A stretch of 62,445 nt of DNA, the filler included, from Globobulimina sp. (taxonomy: Eukaryota), in NCBI GenBank assembly GCA_003354225.1. It is 35 parts of 35 records of this genome, joined end to end, with 100 filler letters (N's around TTAATTAATTAA, not from the genome) between each part and the next. Parts side by side here need not be neighbours in the genome. Positions count along the whole stretch, not along the records: positions 50,044 to 51,729 come from PIVH01013129.1; positions 51,830 to 53,515 come from PIVH01013130.1; positions 53,616 to 55,301 come from PIVH01013131.1; positions 55,402 to 57,087 come from PIVH01013132.1; positions 57,188 to 58,873 come from PIVH01013133.1; positions 58,974 to 60,659 come from PIVH01013134.1; positions 60,760 to 62,445 come from PIVH01013135.1; 28 more parts are not named here. One strand, written 5' to 3'. Shown in pieces: positions 50,078 to 60,821 of this stretch. The first letter of the stretch is position 1. Every line of letters begins with the position of its first letter. Position numbers and translations under genes: made by a program. The notes beneath the pieces are model-generated. The model did no database searches and was not told where the DNA came from. It saw nothing but the letters and a program-made list of their open reading frames with translations.

Positions 50078-51729
50078 TTATGCGTATTTTTGATGTACAA
50101 TTTGTGGACCATGCTCCTCATATTCTTCCTTTGTGATCCATTTGTCCTCAAACTTAGACATTGAGCTTAAAATCGACCCGCCAATCCATTGTGAATATTT
50201 ACGTTGAGGTGATGCTATGACATTAACCGTACATTTCCTATCCGATTCCGATACTAATTCTTCAACCTCATTTTTCAATCTCTGCCCAAATCCCTCATAC
50301 ATGGTGTTGCCGCCACATAACACAATGTTTTTAAACAAATCTGTCCTTAAATCAATATCACATTTCATAATGCCGTCATACACCAAATGCTGAACTCCTT
50401 TATCACTCAATCCAATAAACTGTGGTTTAAACATAATCTCTGCTGTTTTGAATAATTCTGAATCAACTTCAATAACTTCGCCGTCCGGCAATTCATATTC
50501 AAGAAAAGTATCTGATTCCTCCTCCAGCTCCAACTCCACGTCATAATCCAATGCAACATAACATAACTTTTCTTTTATATTCTCCACTACTTTTCTTTTT
50601 TTTGAGGTTGAAAATGAATATCCTTTGTCTGCAAATAATTTAATTAAATATTCTGTGCAATCCTCCCCTGTCAAGTCAAGTCTTTGTATAGCATGTTTTA
50701 AACAGTACCCATCATATATTGGCACGCAATGTGTTGCTCCGTATCCTGAACTTAATACAATTCCGCTCGTTTTCCCAGCTGCATATAACGCCAATGTTTC
50801 CCCGACAGCAATATATAAACCATCCACATTAAAATTTTCAAACATAATTTGTGTCATTTTCTGACGATTTAATTTTGGAGCTAACACAGATTCTGTCAAC
50901 AATACACGTGCTTCTTCTGGAACTATATTCAATTCATTATAAAATGCATGATACCATAATCGTTCCTAGAATGTGACAATAAACAATTTATATAATTATA
51001 TAACAACATATATACCAGGCATATACAACATAACTACATCGTCATAATTGGTGATAATCCCACATTGTATGGGATATTTCAACTTGAAAACACCTCTCAT
51101 TCCCTTTGCTTCATCACCAATAACTATTGAATCGTAATCATCTGTATCGTGACCGCTACGTGGTCTACCAACCACCGATGGGAATTGTGATATCGGTGCC
51201 TCCTCGCCACCATAACCAGCTTTTATGTGACCGGAACCGTTATCAATTACCACCACTGCATCCACACAATAATAGAAATTGCAAATCAAATCCATGACTC
51301 CATCCGTTAGCAGCAGTGTTGCTGCCATCGCGCGAACAAAACCGAATACCAACACAGCAGGCACAATTTCATCAGGTCTCCGTGGCGTAAAGTCCATGAT
51401 ACAGTCAGCTGGCTCAATATCATTCAATTTCATATCCATTGATTGTGAATGTTGTGATGTAACAGTATCCCCAGCCGCAGCACAATACCTGTTCAATAAC
51501 TTAACAATGAGTTCATAATCTTCATTAACTGGTATCTCCGCAATGTTACCTGTCAATATATCGCCACACTGTACCGCTTTGTTGTAAAATGCTTTATTGC
51601 AGTCAGATCGAACAGAGATAACTTTGCCATCCAAAGCTAAGCCGCCATACAAGCCTTGGGCGTGCGAAAAGGAATACATTACACTGAAACCTTTAGCTCC
51701 CGCGCCTACACTGCCACTGGTAGCGCGCC
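50078..51729 (-). CDS. SYLF/Ysc84-domain-actin fusion protein, 5' partial; intron 50966-51034
   Basis: [31 protein letters not shown]...DILTG (SYLF) in frame with [52 protein letters not shown] (actin). Confidence 0.85.
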
Positions 51730-51829
51730 NNNNNNNNNNNNNNNNNNNNNNNNNNNNNNNNNNNNNNNNNNNNTTAATTAATTAANNNNNNNNNNNNNNN
51801 NNNNNNNNNNNNNNNNNNNNNNNNNNNNN

Positions 51830-53515
51830 TGTTTATCGTTTAATTTTAGCGATTTTAAGGTTATAAACAGTGCGATTTCTAGCAATTATTATCAGCGGGT
51901 ATTAGCGTCGGAGACTAGTTATGATTCATTGGGATTTGAGTTAACTTTATCGAGTGCTTCAAATGGGAGAAGGAGAAGGAGGAGATTACAAAGTGTTGTT
52001 TATGGACATATATTGTATTCGAGTATGGATTATTATTATCGCGCAATCAGTGCGGACGCATTGACTGTGTTTTATTACTCAAAGAAGACAGATAATATTC
52101 TAACAAACGAGTTATTGGCTCAAGTGCATGAAATTGAAACGGGGATAAAACAATTTGGTGGATACAGTAATCATTCATTGATTTATGAGGAAACTAATCA
52201 AAATATCAAAAAGTTATTATCTGTCAATGAAAATAAGAGATTATATTTGGAATCACCGCCGGGGTCTTTTTTAAATTATGTTTATCCACAGATTTTGCTC
52301 GGAAATTATGTGTTTAATGGGAATGGCGAGAAGTTAATGTTCCAGAATGACGATATTAGAGAAACTATTGCAAGCTATGAAGATTTAGTTGGTGACTTTT
52401 TTGATTTTTCATTCAATTTAGTCAACGTAGCGAGCAAATATTTGGCTGCGGTGTACCCATTTGGTTATAGTAACGGTGCTGAATCGTCGTCGGAATTATT
52501 TAATTGGGTCGCTTCATACAAAAGGAAGTATTTCGATAAAGTGAGTTTGAGAGATATTGGTGTTGCAGTTTCTGATTCGCGTGGATTGATACTGCAAAAT
52601 GAATTATATTTGTATTTAGAAAGAGATTTAAATTTAGCCATTGCATCGTTGGTAATTATATACATTGTGCTATATTTGTATTGCCATTCTTTTTATATTA
52701 CAACATTAGGACTATTTGGTGTGTGTTTAAGTTTTGTGCCATGTCTCGCAATATATCAAATGTTATGGGCCGAATCATTCAATTTGATGAATATGGTGTC
52801 AATATGGGTCATTTTAGGCATTGGCTTGGATGATATCGCAGTGTTTCTGTCGTCGTATCGCAGAGCTCCATTACAATTGGACGACGGCACTGCGACTCCA
52901 AATTCTTTGCGCTTAGCATTTGCGTTCAGAGAGGCTGGAACTGCCATGTTTGTGACCTCACTAACTACGGCCTGCTCGTTTTTTAGTTTATGTTTTTCTA
53001 CAATTAACCCACTGCCTCAATTTGGATGGTTTTTAGGCTCATTGGTGATTACCAATTTTATTATGGTCATGACGTGGTTTCCGTGCATATTGCAGTCGTA
53101 TGTTTATTTTGTTGAACTCGGCATAAAATATGATTATCACATAAAGAAATGCACGAAATGGTTAGCTGTCGCTATTACCAATTATGACGGCGGAGAGCAA
53201 GGAAAAGCCGTTGCAGATAATTCGAAGCAAGACAGCAAATTGAATCTGTTGAAAAAAACATTAATCAACAAACTGGATAAAAAGCATAAACATTCGTATG
53301 TTGATAACAATCATTCCTTTTTTGGTGATGGCACAATATTATATTTTATTATCATGAAATCAGGCGTTGGATTGGCATTAATTGCCGTATTATCAATATT
53401 AACTGTCATATTTGCATACAATTCGACAGCACTCAGTTTAGCACAGTAAACAGCTCAATTGTTACCGGAGAACACCAACTGGGGACAATTGAATATTGCC
53501 ATTTCCAAACTGAAC
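51830..53515 (+). CDS. Dispatched/Patched-like sterol-sensing-domain protein, partial, with in-frame TAA at 53447-53449
   Basis: ILGIGLDD, AGTAMFVTSLTTA, QFGWFLG, MTWFPCIL. Confidence 0.85.
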
Positions 53516-53615
53516 NNNNNNNNNNNNNNNNNNNNNNNNNNNNNNNNNNNNNNNNNNNNTTAATTAATTAANNNNNNNNNNNNNNNNNNNNNNNNNNNNN
53601 NNNNNNNNNNNNNNN

Positions 53616-55301
53616 ATTCACCAGCAAAACCGACAAAGGGTGATATAGAGCTGTGGTATACGTTACGTAGTACGTTCAAAGATGAATTACAAGAAATAAA
53701 AACAAAAGTCGATCAATATAAAGAGGATTTGCTAGTACAAACGTTGGATTTTACACGCGTAATAAAGAATGACGTAATCGCATGTCGAGAACAACTTGAA
53801 GGGTTACTTAATCGTACACAGAAAGTAAATGCAGATTTGTTAATGTCAGTCAAGGCAGATAAAAATAAAGAGGAGCAAATTAAAGGAAGAGAAATAGAAC
53901 GACAGATCGAAATATTGATAACGACAACTAAAAGTATTGTTCGAGAAAGAATAGTTATCGATGCTGACAATAATACAGAAACACCAATAAAGCAGGCCGA
54001 GCCTGTACAAATTGATCAAAACGCATTTATGCAATTCGTGCAAAAACAAATGCAGGAACAACAACGATTCCAACAGGAACAACAAGAAAAAAATGATCGT
54101 AGAGCAGCCGAACTACAAGAAAACAACGAACGTAGAGCTGCCGAACTACAAGAAAACAATGAACGTAGAGCTGTCGAACAACGCAAAATCAGTGAACACA
54201 ACACTGAAAAACTACTTGAAAGACAAAAACGTGCAACGGACGAACAAATACAAATTATGCGCGAACAGTTGCAAGAACAAAAAATACAATCCAATAGACA
54301 TTTAGAAGACTTGCAAGCAGAAAGACAAACTGCAAGTGAAAATAGTAGTACGAAAAGTAACAAGACAGTAAAATTACCAACACTAGCAATTGAAACGTTT
54401 TCAGGAGATATGTTACGGTGGACACCATTTTGGGATAGATTTAATGCGTCAATAAATGAAAACGAAAATATGAGCGCAGTCGATAAATTCAATTATTTAA
54501 AAAGTTATCTGCGTGGTCCAGCTTTACATATGTTAGACGGTATGCAACTAACCGAAGAAAACTATGTTGAAGCAGTAGATCGGCTTCAACGAAAATACAG
54601 TGATAAAGATCTCACCGCAGCGGCTCATATCAAAGAATTATGTAATTTGAAACCAGTAGGTGACGATATATCACATTTGGAGCGATTCTACAATGAAGTG
54701 GAAAACCATGTAAGATGCTTAAAGGTATTAGGAAAATCAGTAGAAAATGATACAACGGTACATGAAATAACAAAGAAATTGCCATCCAAATATAAAAATA
54801 AATGGCTACCAAAAATGCCACAAACGGAAAAAGTAAAATTCTTCATGGAGCAAATAGAGAAAGAAATTAAAAAATCACAAACGTTAAAAGTATTAGGAGG
54901 TGACGAAACAACGCAAAATGAAAATAATAGATATAAACCAGCACGTAGCTACAACCCACCAAATAAAGCAGGTACAGACCGCAAAAACGATTACACAACT
55001 CCAGATTCAAAGAAAGGAGAAGCATACTTCACATGTGCATACTGTCAAAAGCGACATTTCTCAGATAAATGTTTAACTTATCCAACTCCAGAAGAGCGTA
55101 AAAAACGGTTAGGAAAATCCGCTTGCTTTCGCTGTCTACGAATTGGTCATGAAGTTAAAAATTGTAGAAATACGACAGTTTGTAACGAATGTAAAAGTAT
55201 ATATCGTCATTCAAGTTTACATGAATATCGGAGACCTTAACCCGTTAACGGGGGCTTTGTAAAGAAAGAAGGTGAAGGGAATGACCAAAGACAGGCTCTC
55301 G
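53616..55301 (+). mobile_element. BEL/Pao LTR-retrotransposon gag region
   Basis: DUF1759-like KLPTLAIETFSGD..W..FWDRF, DKFNYLKSYLRGPA; three knuckles CAYC..H...C, CFRC...GH...C, CNEC...H..LH; 33-bp ERRAAELQENN repeat. Confidence 0.9.
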
Positions 55302-55496
55302 NNNNNNNNNNNNNNNNNNNNNNNNNNNNNNNNNNNNNNNNNNNNTTAATTAATTAANNNNNNNNNNNNNNNNNNNNNNNNNNNNNNNNNNNNNNNNNNN
55401 NCTATTTCTAATGTGTTTTTTGGATTTTCTTTGCCCCAGTTGCCACATTCCCTAATACGCACAAGATTTACAGCAGACATAATTATTGAGCTAATT

Positions 55497-55584
55497 TATT
55501 GTTCGGATTACAACGTTATTGTTTACAAGTATTGAAACGTTTGGTATCAATCGTTTCATATTAAACGTTGTAATCCGAACAATA
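55497..55584. repeat. 88-bp hairpin with perfect 21-bp inverted arms
   Basis: tattgttcggattacaacgtt / aacgttgtaatccgaacaata, with an inner tgaaacg/cgtttca stem. Confidence 0.8.
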
Positions 55585-55819
55585 CGCAGTTATTAAATTT
55601 GATAATACGCAGTTATTTACGATTGGAAAACAAAATGAAATTTTAATATCAATATAAGTAGTGAATAATACAAATAACAAGAAACGATTGATGAATATCT
55701 CAAGTTTTAAATTATTCTTTTAAATTTAGGACTTACACTTGTTATATTTATTATTTTTTAGTTTTGGAAAATTTAACCAAAAAATGTCAGAAAAATTAAC
55801 TCGCCGCACTTAGATCACC

Positions 55820-56634
55820 ATGTCGGTACCGAAGAAAAAAAAGAGAACGTTGGAAGATGCCGATTGGGATAAACATTTGATGGAAACGATGCAACCTCAA
55901 TCAAAACGCCAATAACCACAATCGAAATGAGGAAAAAGTAGAAGATGATGAAGATGCGGATTCAAATGCGGATTCTAATGAAGATTTATTAGTCAGTACA
56001 ATGTCTCCGAGAATGTTGTATCGGTTACAAGTTTGTGCAGAAATATCTGCCGATATTACACGCAATGATGGCGCAGATTTCGTTAACAGACAACCAGAAT
56101 ATGATTTTTTTGGCTTTTTATCTAATTATTTACCTGTCCGATTTAGGTATTCAACATATTATATTCCTTTATTTATCAATAAAAAAAAAATTTATCAGGA
56201 AGAAAATGTATAAAAGTTTCTGGATGGGATACTCTCAGTGTTTTGATGCCATCTCAAAAATATTGAAACGAAAACAAGCACCAAATGTTTCTGCAATTCA
56301 TCAAGAACTACAAAATACAAAATATGATGCAAGATATACTCGATTTTATTTAAATAAAGGAGGCATAGTGGAATATGCGATTGATGCTATCATTAAGCGA
56401 TCGGAAGAAGAAAGCTGTCCGAATCCTGTCGGAGATGAATCATTTTTTGACATTCCAGAGTTCAAACAGGAACATGATGCTTTGCCAGCAATGAAAGCTT
56501 ATGATTTTGAATATGATATGGTTTGGGAGGATTTGTGTGCCTCAACGTGTATGGTGTTTGAACTCAATTATGGTGGGCCATATAGGACTGATGATGAACC
56601 AGAGGAGGATGAGATGCGGATGATGATGATTTAA
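55820..56634 (+). pseudogene. Uncharacterised gene with frameshift near 55913; intron 56147-56198
   Basis: MSVPKKKKR...SKRQ* continues in the +1 frame; the intron joins ORFs 56001 and 56035. Confidence 0.55.
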
Positions 56635-57431
56635 ATGCATGGTATCAACGGCTCGCACCATATGTTATGCAAAAGTTGGTACGACAGTCAAGAGGTTATT
56701 GATTTTTTCTGTGCGTCAAATTTTTTTTATTTACTAGTGGTAGGTCAAAATTCGATCAGGACGTAAGTCCGATTCCAGACTGACAGATTGCTTGAACATC
56801 CTGTGATATATATCACAGTCTTAATTTAGGCGTTTAATTTTTTTGATCCTTAGGCCTGTCAAACCCAAAAGGCAAAGCCAACAAATCGGTAAATTTAAGT
56901 TTAAATAACAACAAACCGCAAAACAAAACAAAATACTCACACAACTAAAAAATACTCACACAATATATATATTATTTAAATTTGTCGATTGTAATGTTGG
57001 TATTGATTGGAATGGATTAATGGTTGCATCACAACAACAGTTGGCTTATTTGGTTGGAATGATTGTTGTAATTTGCTGTCTTTGTCTNNNNNNNNNNNNN
57101 NNNNNNNNNNNNNNNNNNNNNNNNNNNNNNNTTAATTAATTAANNNNNNNNNNNNNNNNNNNNNNNNNNNNNNNNNNNNNNNNNNNNATAATTCTCTTTA
57201 GTATGGCTATTAAGTGCATCAATCACTGGCATAACATCATCCACAGACACTATATTACCACATTCTGATCCAATGCATGGCTCTATCAATACAGTGTCGT
57301 CATCCAAACCATTTGCACAAATAAACAAAAGTATACAACGTAGTGCTAGTAGGTGGCACCAAACCATGATGAGCTGCAATATTACAAAACTTACCTCACC
57401 TTAAAAATAGTACAGTCAAACGGCGATCATA

Positions 57432-58223
57432 ATGTATTCATTACAAGCTCAGTTACGTGCACATCATCATAGTCTGGTTCAACAGTTAGAAATAAAGTAT
57501 ATCAATCGTGTAAATATATTATTAAAACAAAAAAACGAAATATTAATAAAAATGCAACAACTTTTCGATGAACAGTTGAATCGCATAAATCAAACCTTAA
57601 ATAAAAAAATACAAATAAATTTAAGCAATTTGATTTATACACCAAACCAAGCCAATATTAATCAGCATATCTCTGATATTTTAAATATAATGCCTGTATT
57701 TTCAAACAATGCATATATAAAAGATGAGACTAAGCATCATATAAAGCATGGAAACGAAAACAAAAAACGAAACATGAATGGCACAAAAACGAATTCAACA
57801 ATTACTACAAAGAAAAAAACGAAATCGCCAGTAAAAGAAAAGAAACCCCGTTTAAATAAAGCTAAAAAACGGGAGAAAAAGCCACCGCAATGTCCGTATT
57901 GTGATTATAGTACAAAGTATCGGAGCAATTTGAATACGCACATTAAGACCCATACGGGAGAGAAGCCGTATTTGTGTACACATAATAACTGTGATAAAAG
58001 GTTTATAACATCTGGGAGTTTAACGGATCATTTGCGGCGACATAAAGGTGATAAACGACATAAATGTACTTTTTGTGATAAATATTTTGTGACAAGCAGC
58101 GAATTGAAAAGCCATACTCGTATTCATACGGGCGAGAAACCATATAAATGTAAATTTTGTGCAAAGAGATTTAGCCATACTGCCGGTGTGCGATATCATA
58201 TGGCACATCATCATGATTTATGA
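57432..58223 (+). CDS. C2H2 zinc-finger protein (4 fingers)
   Basis: Four C2H2 fingers with HTGEKPY linkers. Confidence 0.93.
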   Translation: MYSLQAQLRAHHHSLVQQLEIKYINRVNILLKQKNEILIKMQQLFDEQLNRINQTLNKKIQINLSNLIYTPNQANINQHISDILNIMPVFSNNAYIKDETKHHIKHGNENKKRNMNGTKTNSTITTKKKTKSPVKEKKPRLNKAKKREKKPPQCPYCDYSTKYRSNLNTHIKTHTGEKPYLCTHNNCDKRFITSGSLTDHLRRHKGDKRHKCTFCDKYFVTSSELKSHTRIHTGEKPYKCKFCAKRFSHTAGVRYHMAHHHDL

Positions 58224-59277
58224 TTGCATGACAAAATGTGTTTATTATGTAATTAATTCATCTGTTTTCTCTACAATTCGTCGTACAGTCTTGCTCTGTC
58301 TGTGCAGAAACATAAATCATATACATTTATTCTAAAGTGTGATGAATTTGAGCCAAACTGGAGTTTTCAGTCATTTCTGTTTGGGGCAAATATTTTTGAT
58401 AAAAGAAAATTAATAATATCTTAATAAAACATTAGTTAAACAGTACAACGAATTTACATTAAAAAAAAACAGAGAAATTACCTAATCAAAAAGATTTCTT
58501 CCTTGATGCCGTTTCCATTTCCGTTTTTTGAATTTTTTATTTTGTTTCCTTTTGGTTTGCTTTTGTTTGTTGAGTGATGTCATCATATCGTATTCGCAAA
58601 CTGCTCCTCTCCGTTTTTTATTTCTACATTTATCACGAACCTCATTACGTTGATAATCCACCGATTCAATATCATAATCTTCATTATTATCTTTATTATT
58701 ATTACTATTGTTATTATTTCTATGTTAACCATTTTTTCCTTTTACCCAAAAAAACGCAGTAAAAGTGGAATTACTCCACTCCTTTTGACCCGTTTACCAC
58801 GCTTAGTGGAGAAAAAATAGAAACGGAAACCACTTTTCCGCCCCTTCGTGGAGTAAACTAGCACATAAAATCCNNNNNNNNNNNNNNNNNNNNNNNNNNN
58901 NNNNNNNNNNNNNNNNNTTAATTAATTAANNNNNNNNNNNNNNNNNNNNNNNNNNNNNNNNNNNNNNNNNNNNGAAAATCACCACAACCCGCATTATCCA
59001 GCAATCTCCATTCTAACCATGCTCCATTGGTATATAATGATGCATGAAAGGCAGATTGGTCTGGTAAATCCCTAACCACTGCTTATCCATCACGTCTTTT
59101 TTTTGCAGGAACCACGGAAAGTGTTTGGGAGTATCACAATTGAAAGTGTGAAGTTTTCTAAGTTTTCGTATGTTGACAAATTAAACTGATTCTTCACCGG
59201 CGTACGTTGCCGCCATAACCTTGCAAATCAGCAAATGTTGGATTAACTGCAACAAACTTTGTCTCAAAACGCATTGT

Positions 59278-60659
59278 TTAATAAGACACAAAAGTTATGT
59301 CAATAAATAAACAACAAAGTAATGGCAGGTATAAATTGTCAATTTGCTTTGTCATTGCTTCTAAAATGAAAGCAGCTGTAATCACTTGCAATAAATTGAA
59401 TATCATATCGAAATCAATAATACTTGGAAACAAAATAATGTACAACAGCAAACTTGATATTATCCCAGCTAGTGTACCTTCCAATGTTTTATTAGAGTTT
59501 GGCCATTTAATTTTGCCAAATGTACTTCCGATGATTGCGGCGGATGCATCACCAATTCCTAATATTATAATACCAGAGACGCCATATATTTGATCATAAA
59601 ACATCGTATATCTTCCATAATCAACATATGCATCGTATTCGTATTTAATAATAAATGAGTACCACAAAGGTATGGCACATCCAATCAGCAACCAAATATG
59701 GGTTAAAATCAATTTCCCGCCATCTCTTTCATCCAGAAATGGTCGACAATAGCCGTCAATAACATTTCTGAGAAAAAAGAAATTTGTTATTCGCATACTC
59801 TCTGCAAAAAGAAAGAAACATAATGCAATGCTAAATGCCAACGATAAATAAACCAAATTATATTTGATTATTGGCAGAAATAATGCTACACACCATCCAT
59901 GAAAGTATTTTCTGATTATTATTATTTTTGTAGTCATTATATTTGTCGCCTTCGGGATTGGTGTTATTAAAAAAAACAGATACAATAAAATCAGCCAATA
60001 CATTAATATAAAACAATTGCTTGAGCCCATTATAACATCGGTTATGACGGATAATAATGTCCAATGATTACAAATTCCAATTTGTTGCTTGATGATCAAT
60101 TTACATCGCATGTTTAGAACGTAATTAATTTGTACAATTAACACAGAAACGAAAAATAGAAAACTGAGCAAATGAATAGAAAACTTATTCAATATCGGTT
60201 TTGAGCAAATAAATGGAATAATAATAACTGATGAGAATAATACAAAACCGATTATAAGTATGGATATTATATGATATTCGTCGATTATTAGCCTATATTT
60301 AAAATAATTAATTTCAGCAACATTAAAACATGCAACAGTTAAAACCGTACATTGTTCAAATACAAAAAACACAAATCCAGAAACAAGAACAGTATCACTG
60401 AATGTAAACGTATTTCTAAAATAAATACAAATTACATTGAATATACGTTCAAATGTTATTAACGATATAAAATGATAAATAAACAACAAAAACGTAAACG
60501 CTTTGTTCATCATAAATGTATATTGCACATAGATTAGAAATATAATAATAAATAGAATTGATAAATATGCCACTCGTAACAAATATCTTTTTGTCAAATT
60601 AAATGATAAATAAATAACTAGCGATAAAATAGAAAATGACAAATAATTCAGATGCCACA
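59278..60659 (-). CDS. DOLK: Dolichol kinase, 5' partial
   Basis: RKYFH, FLDERDGG.LILTH..LLIGC, LGIGDASA..IG..FG..KW...KTLEG, QIDNLYLPL. Confidence 0.93.
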
Positions 60660-60821
60660 NNNNNNNNNNNNNNNNNNNNNNNNNNNNNNNNNNNNNNNNN
60701 NNNTTAATTAATTAANNNNNNNNNNNNNNNNNNNNNNNNNNNNNNNNNNNNNNNNNNNNGTGGATTTAATTATCGGATAAATCAAGTTGATTTTTGAGAA
60801 TACAAAACTTTTGTAATCATC

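Noticed and set aside
53447-53449. TAA reassignment (alternative genetic code)
   Set aside because: TAA terminates conserved genes at expected positions (actin fusion, ACSL, DOLK) and long ORFs lack internal TAA.
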